Shown here one piece after another: positions 22,901 to 46,400 of a DNA stretch of 64,000 nt (its first letter is position 1; each line of letters opens with the position of its first letter). Location of the stretch: NCBI RefSeq assembly GCF_009914755.1, contig NC_060946.1; one strand, given 5' to 3'. A model generated the notes under the pieces. It was not told where the DNA came from, did no database searches, and worked only from the letters and a program-made list of their open reading frames with translations. Both the position numbers and the translations under genes were made by a program. The stretch is from the human T2T-CHM13v2.0 reference genome, Homo sapiens.

Positions 22901-23719
22901 ACAATACCCACTGTTAGCAGAGCCTAGACTAGAGTTACATCACCTGGGTGATCAGTGCAGAGATATGTGACAAGGCACCTTTAAGCAGAGCCTAGACAAT
23001 AGTTACATCATCTGAGTGATCAGTGCAGATATCTGTCACAATGCCCCTTTAGGCAGAGCTTCGACCAGAGTTACATCACCTCGGTGATCAGTGCAGAGAT
23101 ATGTCACAATGCCCCCATAGGCAAATCTAAGGCAAGTGTCCGTCTCCTGCGTGATCAGTGTAGAAATATGTGACAATGCCCCCAGTAGGCAGAGCCTAGA
23201 GAAGAGTCCCATCAGCTGAGTGATCAGTGCAGAGATATTTCAAAATGCCCCTGCAGGCAAAGCGTAAGCAAGAGTTACATCCACTAGTTGATCAGTGCAG
23301 AGATATGTCACAAGCCCCCCTATAGGCAGAGCCTGGAGAAGAGTTACATCACCACAGTGATCAATGCAGTGATATGTCACTATGCCCCGTAGGCAGAGCC
23401 TAGTCAAGCGTTACATCACCTCGGTGATCAGTGCAGAGATATTTCACAAAGCCCCCATACACAGAGCCTAGACAAGAGTCCCATCACCTGAGTGATCAGT
23501 GCAGAAATATGTCACAATGCCCCCATAGGCAGATCTAACACAATAGTTATATCACCTTGGTGTTCAGTGTAGAGATATGTCACAATGCCCCCATAGGCAG
23601 AGCCTAGACAAAAGTCCCATCACCTGGGTGATCAGTGCAGAGATATATCACAAAGCCCCTGTAGGCAGAACCTAGACAAGAGTTACATCACTTTGTTGAT
23701 CAGTTCAGAGATGTGTCAT
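13976..23719 (+). repeat. Beta satellite block 4
   Basis: ~9.7 kb of GATCAGTGCAGAGATATGTCACAATGCCCCTGTAGGCAGAGCCTAGACAAGAGTTACATCACCTGGGT-type monomers. Confidence 0.97.
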
Positions 23720-25314
<1,595 letters not shown>

Positions 25315-25329
25315 CGAGATCTCTCACAA

Positions 25330-34169
<8,840 letters not shown>

Positions 34170-37100
34170 ATGACACATCTCTGAACTGATCAACAAAGTG
34201 ATGTAACTCTTGTCTAGGCTCTGCCTACAGGGGCTTTGTGACATATCTCTCCACTGATCACCCAGGTGATGGGACTTTTGTCTAGGCTCGGCCTATGGGG
34301 GCATTGTGACATATCTCAACACTGATCACCCAGGTGATGTAACTCTTGTGTTGGATCTGCCTATGGGGGCATTGTGACATATTTCTGCACTGATCACCCA
34401 GTTGTTGGGACTCTTTTCTAGGCTCTGTGTATGGGGGTTTTGTGACACATCTCTGCAATGATCACCCAGGTGATGTAACGCTTGACTAGGCTGTGCCTAC
34501 GGGGCATAGTGACAGATCACTGCATTGATCACCAAGGTGAAGTACTCTTTTCCAGGCTCTAGCTATATGGGGCCTTGTGACTTATCTCTTCACTGATCAT
34601 CAAGGTGATGTAACCCTTGATTACATTCTGCCTGCAGAGGCATTGTGAAATATCTGTGCACCGATCACCCAGATGTTGGGACCATTCTCTAGGCTCTGCT
34701 TACAGGGAGCATTGTCACACATGTCTGCACTGATCACCCAGGTGGCGGACTATTGTCTTAGATTTGCCTATGGGGGCATTGTGACATATCTCTGCACTGA
34801 TCACCAAGGTGATGTAACTCTGGTCTAAGCTCTGCTTAAAGGGGCATGGTGACAGATCTCTGCACTGATCACATAGGTGATGTAACTCTTGTCTAGGTTC
34901 TATTTACAGGGGGTATTGTGACATATCTCTGCACTGATCACCTAAGTGATGTAACACTTGTGTAGGCTCTGCCTACAGGGGCATTTTGAAATATGTCTGC
35001 ACTGTTAAACGAGGTGATGTCACTCTTGTCTAGGCTGTGCCCACAGGGGGATTGAGACATGCCACTACATTTATCCCGAGGTGATCTAACTCTTGCCTGG
35101 TCTCTGCCTACTGTGGACATTGTGACATATATCTGCACTGATCTCCCAGGTGCTGTTACTTTAGTCTAGGCTCTGGCTACGCGGCATTGTGACATATCAC
35201 TGTACTGATCACCCAGTTGATATAACTCTTGTCTAGGCTCTGCCTACAGGGGCTTGTGACATATCTCTGCACTGATCACCCAGGTGATATAACTCTTCTC
35301 TAGGATCTGCCTACAGGGTGCTTTGTGACATATCCCTGCAATTATCACCCAGGTGATATACCACTTGTCAAGGCTCTGCCTACAGGGCATTGGGATGTAT
35401 CTCTGCACTGATCACCTAGGTCATGGAACTCTTGTCTAGGCTCTGCCTACAGTGGCATTGTGACATATCTCTGCACTGATCACCCAGGTGATGTAACTCT
35501 TTTTCTAGGATCTGCCTACAGGGTGCTTTGTGACATATCCCTGCAATGATCACCCAGGTGATGTACCACTTGTCAAGGCTCTGCCTACAGGAACATTGCG
35601 ATGTATCTCTGCACTGATCACCTAGGTCATGTAACTGTTGTCTAGGCTCTGCCTACAGTGGCATTGTGACATATCTCTGCACTGATCATCCAAATGATGT
35701 AACTCTTGTCTAGGATCTCCCTAAAGGGACTTTGTGACATAACTCTGCACTAATCATCCAGGTGATGGGGCTTTTCTCTAGGCTCTGCCTAAGGGGGCAT
35801 TGTGACATATTTCTGCACTGATCACCCTGGTGACGGACTCTTCTCTTGGATCTGCCTATGGGGGCATTGTGACAAATCTCTGCACTGATCACCCAGGTGA
35901 TGTAACTGTTGTATAAGCTCTGCCTACAGGGGAATTGTGAGAGTGCTCGCCACTGATCACCCAAATGATGCAACTATAGTCTAGGCTTTGCCTACAGGGG
36001 GCTTTGTGACATACGTTTGTGCTGATAGCCAAGGTGACGTAACTCATCTACGTTCTGCCTACAGGAGCTTTGTGTCATATCTCTGTACAGATCACTTAGG
36101 TGATGTGACACTTTTATAAGCACTGCCTACAGGGAATTTTGACAAATCTCTGCACTGATCACCTAGGTGATGTAACTCTTGTCTAGTCTCTGCCCAAAGG
36201 GGGCATTGTGAAATATCTCTGCACTGATCACCCAGGTGATTCAACTCTTGTCTAGGATCTGCCTACAGGGGGTATTGTGAAATGTCTCTGCACTGATCAA
36301 CTAGGTGATGTAACTCTTGTCTAGGCTCTGCCTGCAGGGGCATTTTCACATATCCCTGAACTGATGACAAAGGTGAAGTAACTCTTGACTAGGCTTTGCC
36401 TACAGGGGACATTGTGACATATCTCTGCACTGATCACCCAGGTGATGCAACTCTTCTCTATGCTCTGCCTACAGGGGACATTGTGACATATCTCTGCAAT
36501 GATCCCCCAGGTGATGTAACATTTATCTAGGCTCTGCCTACTCGGGCGTTTTGACATAGCCCTGCACAGATCACCTAGGTTATTTAACTCTTGTCCACCC
36601 TCTGCCTATAGGGGGCATTGTGAAATATCTCTGCACTGATGATCCAGGTGATGGGACTCTTCTCTATACTCTGCCTAGAGGGGGATTTGTGACATATCTC
36701 TGCACTGATCACCCAGGTGATGTAACTCTGGTCTAAGCTCTGCCTAAAGGGGCATTGTGACAGATCTCTGCACTGATCACTCAGGTGATGTAACTATTGT
36801 CTAGGCTCTGCTTAAAGAGGCCTTGTCACATACCTCTGCACTGATCACCCAGATGATGTAACTCTTGTCTAGGCTCTGCTTACAGCAGGTATTGACTTAT
36901 CTCTGCACTGAACACCGAAGTGGTGTAACACTTGTGTAAGCTCTGCCTACAGGGGCATTTTGACATATCTCTGCACTGTTAACCGAGGTGATGTAACTCT
37001 TGTCTAGGCTGTGCCCACAGGGGGATTTAGACATATCTCTGCACTGATCCCGAGGTGATCCAACTCTTGCCTTGTCTCTGCCTACTGGGGACATTTTGAC

Positions 37101-40100
37101 ATGTCTCTGCAGGGATATCCCAGGTGCTGTAACTTTAGTGTAGGCTCTGGCTACACGGCATTCTGACATATCACTGCAATGATCACTCAGGTGATATAAA
37201 TCTTGTCTAGGCTCTGCCTACAGTGGCATTGTGACATATCCCTGCACTGATCATCCAAGTGATGTAACTCTTGTCTAGGATCTGCCTAAAGGGCCTTTGT
37301 GACATAACTCTGCACTGATCATCCAGGTGATGAGGCTTTTGTCTAGGATCTGCTAAGGGGGTATTGTGACATATGTCTGCACTGATCCCCCAGGTGATGT
37401 AACTGTTGTATAAGCTCTGCCTACAGGGGAATTGTGAGAGATCTCGCCTCTGATCACCCAAGTGATGTAACTATTCTCTCGGCTTTGCCTACAGGGGACT
37501 TTGTGACATACCATTGCACTGATCAGCCAGGTGATGTAACTCATCTAAGTTCTGCCTACAAGAGCTTTGTGACATATCTCTGCACTGATCACTTAGGTGA
37601 TGAAACAATTTAAAAGCACTGCCTACAGGGAATTTTGAAAAATCTCTGCACTGATCACCTAGGTGATGTAACTCTTGTCTACCATCTGCCCAAAGGGGGC
37701 ATTGGGAAATATATCTGCACTGATCACCCAGGTGATTCAACTCTTTCTAGTATCTGCTTACAGGGGGTATTGTGAAATATCTCTGCACTGATCAACTAGG
37801 TGATGTAACTCTTGTCTGGGCTCTGCCAAGAGGGGCGTTTTCAAATATCCCTGAACTGATGACAAAGGTTATGTAACTCTTGCCTAGGCTTTGCCCACAG
37901 GGGACATTGTGAGATATCTCTGCACTGATCAACCTGGTGATGCAACTCTTCTCTATGCTCTGCCTACAGGGGGCATTGTGACATATCTCTGCACTGATCA
38001 CCCAGGTGATGTAACTCTTTTATAGTCTCTGCCTACAGAGGGCATTGTGACATCACTCTGCACGAATCACCTGGGTTATGTAACTCTTGTCTAGGCTCTG
38101 CCTATGGAGGCATTGTGTCTTATCTCTGCACTGATCACCCAGGAAATGTGACTATTGTCTAAGCTCTGCCTAGAGGGACATTGGGACATGTCTATGCACA
38201 GATCGCTGAGGTGATGCAGAGCAAGTCTAGGCTTTGCCAACAATTTGATTTATGACATAACTCTGCACTGATCACCCAGGTGATGTAACTCTTGTCTAGG
38301 CTCTTCTTACAGGGGCATTTTAACATATCACTGCACTGATCACCATGATGATGTAACTCTTGTACAGGCTTCGCCGACAGGGGGCATTGAGACATATCAC
38401 TGCACTGATCACCGAGGTGATGCAACTCTTGTCTGGGATCTGCTTACAGGGGGCATTGTGATATAACTCTGCCCTGATCACCCAGGTGATGTAACTCTTG
38501 TCTAGGCTCTGTCTAGTGGAGACATTGTGACATATATCCTCACTGATCATCCAGCTGATGGGGCTTTTGTCTAGGCTGCACCTAAGGGGGCATTGTGACA
38601 TGTTTCTGCACTGATCATCCACGTGACGGACCCTTTACTTGGATCTGCCTATGGGGGCATTGGGACATATCTCTGCACTGATAACCCAGGTGATGTAACT
38701 GTTGTATAACCTCTGCCGACAGGGAAATTGTGAGAGATCGCGCCACTAATCTCCCAAGTGATGTAACTATTGTCTAGGCTTTGCCTACAGGGTGCATTGT
38801 GACATACCTTTTCACTGATCACCTAGGTGATGTAACTCATCTAAGTTCTGCCTACAGGAGCTTTGTGACATATCTCTGCACTGATCCCTTAGGTGATGTA
38901 ACACTTTTATAAGCAATGCCTGCAGGGAATTTTGACAAACCTCTGCACTGATCACATAGGTGATGTAACTCTTGTCTACCCTCTGTCCAAAGGGGGCATT
39001 GTGAAATATCTCTGCACTGATCACCCAGGTGATTCAGCTATTGTCTAAGATCTGCCTACAGGGGGTATTGTGAAATATCAGTGCACTGATCAGCTAGGCG
39101 ATGTAACTCTTCTCTAGGCTCTTCCTACAGGTGAGATTTCACATATCCCTGAACTAATGAGAAAGGTGATGTAACTCTTGCCTAGGCTTTGCCTACGGGG
39201 ACATTGTGACATATCTCTGCACTGATCACCCAGGTGATGCAACTCTTTTCTATGCTCTGCCTACAGATACATTGTGCCATATCTCTGCACTGATCACCCA
39301 GGTGATGCAACTCTTCTCTATGCTCTGCCTGCAGGGGGCATTGTGACATATCTCTGCACTGATCACCCAGGTGATGTAACCCTTTTCTAGTCTCTGCCTA
39401 CAGAGGGCGTTGTGACACCACTCTGCACGGATCACCCGGGTTATGTAACTCCTGTCTAGGCTCTGCCTATGGGCACATTGTGATTTATCTCTGCACTGAT
39501 CACCTAGGAGATGTGACCCTTGTCTAAGCTCTGCCTAGAGGGACATTGGGACTTATCTCTTCACTGATCACTGAGGTGATGTAAAACATGTCTAGGCTTT
39601 GCCTACAGTGGGATTTATGACTTATCTCTGCACTGATCACCCCGGTGATGTAACTCTTGTCTAGGCTCTGCTTACAGGGGGTATTGTGAGATATCTCTGC
39701 ACTGATCACCCAGGTGATGTAACCCTTGTCTAGCCTCTTCTTACAGGAGTATTGGGAGATATCTCTGCACTTATCACCCAGGTTATGTAACTCTTGTCTA
39801 GGCTCTGCCTACAGGGGCATTTTAACATATCAGTGCACTGATCACCATGATGATGTAACTCTTGTATAGGCTTCGCCGACAGGGGGCATTGAGACATATC
39901 ACTGCACTGATCACCGAGGTGATGCAACTCTTGTCTATGATCTGCTTACAGGGGGCATTGTGACATATATCTGCCCTGATCACCCAGGTGATGTAACTCT
40001 TGTCTAGGCTCTGCCTAGTGGAGACATTGTGACTTATCTCCGCACTGATCACCCAGGTGATGTCCCTTTTGTCAAGGATATGGCTACAGGGACATTGTGA

Positions 40101-40354
40101 CATGTCACTGCACTGATCACACAGCTGATGTAACTCTTTTCTAGGCTCTGGCTACAGGGTTCTTGTGACACATCTCTCCACTGATCACACAGGTGATGTA
40201 ACCCTTGTCTAGGCTCTGCCAAAAGGGGGCTTTGTGACATAATTCTGCACTGATCACCCAGGTGATGGGACTCTTGTCTACGCTCTGCTTACAGGTGCAT
40301 TGTGACATATCTCTGCAGTGATCACACAGCTGATGTAACCCTTGTCTAGGCTCT
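34170..40354 (-). repeat. Beta satellite block 7
   Basis: ~6.2 kb reverse-orientation monomers ending at an inversion junction. Confidence 0.97.
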
Positions 40355-40416
40355 TGCTAGATCATCTGTCTAGATCACACACCTAGGCTACCCGATGACC
40401 TAGACTGATTGTCTAG
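40355..40416. other. 62-bp CTAG-rich filler at a satellite inversion point
   Basis: TGCTAGATCATCTGTCTAGATCACACACCTAGGCTACCCGATGACCTAGACTGATTGTCTAG between oppositely oriented arrays. Confidence 0.85.
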
Positions 40417-43400
40417 ATGTCCCTCTAGGCAGAGCTTAGACAAGAGTCACATCTCCTGGGTGATCAGTGCAGAGATAAGTCACAATGCCCCCATAGGCGT
40501 AGCCTAGACGAGAGATACCTAACCTGGGTGATCCGTGCAGAGTGATGTCACAACGCCCTCTGTAGGCAGAGACTAGAAAAGAGTTACATCACCTGGGTGA
40601 TCAGTGCAGAGATATGTCACAATGTCCCCTGTAGGCAGAGCATAGAGAAGAATTGCGTCACCTGGGTGATCAGTGGAGGGATATGTCACAATGTCCTCTG
40701 TAGGCAAAGCCTAGGCAAGAGTTACATCACCTTTGTCATCAGTTCAGGGATATGTGAAAACGCCCCTGTAGGCAGAGCCTACACACGAGTTACATCACCT
40801 AGTTGATCACTGCAGAGATATTTCACCATACCCCCTGTAGGCAGATACTAGACAAGAGTTGAATCACCGGGGTGATCGTGGCACAGATATTTCACAATGC
40901 CCCCTTTGGCTAGAGGATAGACAAGAGTTACATCACCTAGGTGATCCGTGCAGAGATTTGTCAAAATTCCCTGTAGACAGTGGTTATACATCAACTAAGT
41001 GATCAGTGCAGAGATATGTCACAAAGCTCCTGCAGGCAGAAATTAGATGAGTTACATCACCTGGGAGATCAGTGCAAAGGTATGTCACAAAGCCCCATGT
41101 AGGCAAAGTCTAGACAATAGTTACATCACTTGGGTGATCAGTGGCGAGATCTCTCACAATTCCCCTGTAGGCAGAGCTTACACAACAGTTACATCACCTG
41201 GGTGATCAGTGCAGAGATATGTCACAATGCCCCCATAGGCAGATCCAAGACAAGTGTCCGTCACCTGGGTGATCAGTGCAGAGATATGTGAGAATTCCGG
41301 TGTAGGCAGAGCCTAGAGAAGTGTTACATCACTTAGGTCATCAGTGCAGTTATAAGTCATAAAGCCTCCTGTAGCAGAGCGTAGACAAGAGTTCCCTCCC
41401 CAGGATGTTCAGTGCAGAGATGTGTCACAAAGCCCCTGTAAGCAGAGCCTAGACAAGAGTTTCATCACTTGGTTGATCAGTTCAGAGATGTGTCACAATG
41501 TCCATGTAGGCAGATCTAAGACAAGAGTCCATCACCTGGGTGATCAGTGCAGAGATATGTACCAATGTCCCCTGTAGGCAGTGCCTAGCAAAGAGTTGCA
41601 TCACCTCAGAGATCAGTGCAGAGATGTTTCACAAAGCCTTCTGTAGGCAAAGCCCATACAAGGCTGACATCACCTAAGTTATCAGTGCAGTGATATGTCA
41701 AAAAAATCCCTGTAGACAGAGCCTAGAAAAGAGGTACAAACCTGGGTGATCAGTGCAGATATTTGACACAATTCTCACATAGACAAAGCCTAGACAAGAC
41801 TTCCACCACCTTGGTGATCAGTGAGAGGTATGTCACAAATCCCCCTCTAGCAGAGTATAGAGAAGAGTCCCATTAGCTGGGTGATCAGTGCAGAGATATT
41901 TCACAATGCCCCCCATAGGTAGAGATTGGACAAGAGTTACATAACTTAGGTGATCTGTGCAGAGCTATGTCAACACCGCCCTGTAGCCAGAGCGTATTTA
42001 AATATTACATCTCCTGGATGATCAGTGCAGAGATATGTCACAATACCCCCTGTAGGTGGAGCCTAGACAATAGTCCCATCACCTGGGTGATCAGTGCAGA
42101 GATATGTCACAAAGCCGCTGTAGGCCGAGCCTAGACAAGAGTTGTTACATCTCCTGGGTGATCAGTGCAAAGATATGTCACAAAGCCCCCTGTAGACAAA
42201 TCCCAGAAAATTGTCACATCACCTGTGTGATCAGTGGAGATATCTGTCACAATTCCCCTTCAGGCGCAGCTTAGACAAGCACTAAATCACCTGAGTGATC
42301 AGTGCAGAGATATGTCACAATGCCCCCATAGGCAGATCCAAGACAAGAGTCCATCACCTGGGTGATCAGTGCAGAAATATGCCACAATGCCGCCAGTAGG
42401 CAGATATAGACAAGAGTTACATCACCTGCGTGATCACTGCAGAGAAAGTCACAATGCCCCCTACGCAGAGCCTAGACAAGAGACCCATCACCTGGGTGAT
42501 CAGTGCAGAGTTATGTCAGAATGCCCCCTCTTGACAGAGCCTAGATAAAGGTTACATCACCTGGGGGATCAGTGCAGAGATGTGTCACAAAACCCCTGTA
42601 GCCAGAGCCTAGACAAGTGTTACATCAGCTGTGTGATCAGTGCAGTGACATGTCGCAATGTCCCTATAGCCATAACCTTCAGAAAAGTGACATCACCTGG
42701 GTGATCAGTGCGGAGATATGTCACAATGTTTCCAGTAGGCAGAGCCTAGACGAGAGTTACATCACCTGGGTGATCAGGGCAGAGATATTTCTCAATGCAC
42801 CCTGTAAGCAGATCCCAGACAAGAGTTGCATCACCTCGGTGATCAGTGCAGAGATATGTCTCAATGCCCCCTGTCGGAGAAGCCCATATAAGACTTACAT
42901 CATCTCGGTGATCAGTGCAGTGATAAGTTAAAATGCCTTTGTAGGCAGAGCATAGACAAGAGGTACATCACCTGGGTGATCAGTGTAGAGATATCTCACA
43001 ATGCCACCTGTATGCAGAGCCTAGACAAGACTTACATCACCTGGGTGATCAGTGCCCAGATACGTCATAAATCCCACTTTAGGCAAAACCTAGACAAGTT
43101 TTACATCACCTCAGCGATCAGTGCAGAGATATGTCCTAATGTCCCTCTAGGCAGAGCATAGACAAGAGTCACATATCCTGGGTGATCAGTGCAGAGATAA
43201 GTCACAATACCCACGTAGGCAGAGCCTAGACGACAGTTACATAACCCGGGTGATCCGTGCAGAGTGATGTCACAACGCCCTCTGTAGGCAGACACTAGAA
43301 AAGAGTTACATCACCTAGGTGATCAGTGCATAGATTTGTCACAATGCCCCCTATAGGCAGAGCATAGAGAAGAGTTGCATCACATGGGTGATCAGTGCAG

Positions 43401-46400
43401 AGATATGTCACAATGTCCCCTGTAGGCAAAGCCTAGGCAAGAGTTACTTCACCTTTGTTATCAGTTCAGGGATATGTGAAAACGTCCCTGTAGGCAGAGC
43501 GTAGACAAGAGTTACATCACCTGGGTGATCAGTGCAGAGATATGTCACAATGCACCTTTGGCAAATCCAAGAGAAGAGTCAATCACCTGGGTGATCAGTG
43601 CAGAGATATGTCACAATGTCCCCTGTAGGCAAAGCCTAGGCAAGAGTTACTTCACCTTTGTTATCAGTTCAGGGATATGTGAAAACGTCCCTGTAGGCAG
43701 AGCATAGACAAGAGTTACATCACCTGGGTGATCAGTGCAGAGATATGTCACAATGCACCTTTGGCAAATCCAAGAGAAGAGTCAATCACCTGGGTGATCA
43801 GTGCAGAAATATGTCACAATGCCCCCTTAGGCAGAGCCTAGACAAAAGCCCTATCACCTGGATGATCAGTGCAGAGCTATGTCACAAAGTCCCTTTAGGC
43901 AGATCCTACACAAGAGTTACATCACTTGGATGATCAGTGCAGAGATATGTCACAATGCCACTGTTGGCAGAGCCTAGACAAGAGTTATGTGACCTAGGTG
44001 ATCAGTGCAGAGATACATCGCAATGTCCCTGTAGGCAGAGCCTTGACAAGTGGTACATCAGCTTGGTGATCAGTGCCGAGATATGTCACAATGCCACTGT
44101 AGGCAGAGCCTAGGCAAGAGTTACATGACCTGGGTGATCAGTGCAGAGATACATCACAATGCCCCTTTAGGCAGAGCCTTGACAAGTTGTATATCACCGG
44201 GGTGATCATTGCAGGGATATGTCACAAAGCACCCTGTAGGCATATCCTAGAGAAGAGTTATATCACCTGGGTGATCAGTGCAGTGATATGTCACAATGCC
44301 GTGTAGCCAGAGCCTAGACTAAATTTACAGCACCTGGGAGGTCAGTGCAGAGATATGTCACAATATCCCCAGTAGGCAGAGACCAGGCAAGAGTTCGATC
44401 ACCTCGGGATCAGCGCAGAGATATGTCTCAATCACCCCGTGGGCACAGCCTAGACATGAGTTACATCACCTAGGTTAACAGTGCAGAGGTATGTCAAAAT
44501 GCCCCTTTAGGCAGAGCCTACACAAGTGTTACATCACTAAGGTGATCAGTGCAGAGATATGTCACAATACCCCCTGTAAGCAGAGCCTAGACAAGAGTTA
44601 TATCCCTTGGTTGATCAGTGCAGAGATATGTCACAAATCCCCAATACACAGAGCCTAGACAAGAGTCCCATCAGCTGGGTGATCAGTGCAGACATGTGTC
44701 ACAAGACCCCTGTAGCCATAGCCCAGACAGGAGTTACATCAGCTGCGTGATCAGTGCAGTGACATGAGACAATGTCCCTGTAGCCATATCCTTGAGAAAG
44801 TGACATCACCTGTGTGATCAGTGCGGAGATATGTCACAATGTCCACGTAGGCAAAGCCTAGGCAAGAGTTACATCACCTTTGTCATCAGTTCAGGGATAT
44901 GTGAAAACGCCCCTGTAGGCAGAGCCTAGACAACAGTTACATCACCTAGCTGATCAGTGCAGAGATATGTCACAAATCACCCTCTAGGCAGAGTACAGAG
45001 AAGAGTCCCATCACCTGGGTGATCAGTGCAGAGATATTTCACAATGCCCGTTTTGGGCAGATCCTAGACAAGAGTTACATCACCTAGCTGATCAGTGCAG
45101 AGATATTTCACAATACACCTTGTAGGCAGATCCTAGACAATAGTTGAATCACCTGGTTGATCAGTGCAGAGAAATTTCACAATGCCCCCTTTGGGCAGAG
45201 GGTAGACAAGAGTTACATCACCTAGGTGATCAGTGCAGAGATTTGTCAAAGTTCCCTGTAGGCAGTGCTTATAAATGTGTTACATCACCTAAGTGATCAG
45301 TGCAGAGATATGTCACAAAGATCCTGTAGGCAGAACTTAGATGAGTTACATCACCTGGGAGATCAGTGCAAAGGTATGTCACAAAGCCCCACGTAGGTAA
45401 AGCCTTGACAATAGTTATATCACCTGGGTGATCAGTGCAGAGATATGTCACAATGCCCCCATAGGCAGATCCAAGACAAGAGTCCGTCACCTGGGTGATC
45501 AGTGCAGAAACATGTCACAATGCAACCTTAGGTAGAGCCTAGAAAAAAGCCCCATCATTTGGATGATCAGTGCAGAATTATGTCACAAAGTCCCTTTAGG
45601 CAGATCCTACACAAGGGTTACATCTCTTGGATGATCAGTGCAGAGATATGTCACAATACATCCTGTAAGCAGAGCCTAGACAAGAGTTACATCACCTGGG
45701 TGTACAGTGCAGAGATATGTCAAAAGCCCTCTGTAGTCAGAGCCTAGAAAAGATTTATATAAACTGGGTGATCAGTGAAGTGATATGTCACAGTGCCGTG
45801 TAGCCAGAGCCTAGACTAAAGTTACAGCACCTGGGAGATCAGTGCAGAGATATGTCACCATGTCCCCAGTAGGCAGAGACCAGGCAAGAGTTGGATCACC
45901 TCGGGATCAGTTCAGAGATATGTCTAAATCCCCCTGTGGGCACAGCCTAGACAAGAGTTACATCAGCTCGTTTAACAAAGCAGAGACATGTCAAAATGCC
46001 CCTGTAGGCAGAGCCTACACAATTGTTACATCACTTAGGTGATCAGTGCGGGGATATGTCACAATACACCCTGTAAGCAGAGCCTAGACAAGAGTTACAT
46101 CACCTGGGTGATCACTGCAGAGATATGTCACTATGCCCCGCGGGCAGAGCCTAGTCAAGCGTTACATCACCTGAGTGATCAGTGCAGAGATCAGTCAAAA
46201 TGCCCATTTAGGCAGAGCTTAGACCAGAGTTACATCACCTGAGTGATCAGTGCAGAGATATGTCCCAGTGTCCCTCTAGGCAGAGCTTAGACAAGAGTCA
46301 CATCTCCTGGGTAATCAGTGCAGAGATAAGTCACAATGCCCATATAGGCAGAGCCTAGACGAGAGTTACATAACCAGGGTGAACCGTGCAGTGTGATGTC

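Noticed and set aside
13976-23719. CRISPR-like look: conserved CACCTGGGTGATCAGTGCAGAGATATGTCACAA core with variable sequence between
   Set aside because: The variable parts are homologous to one another, so this is a tandem satellite; eukaryotic context and no cas genes.
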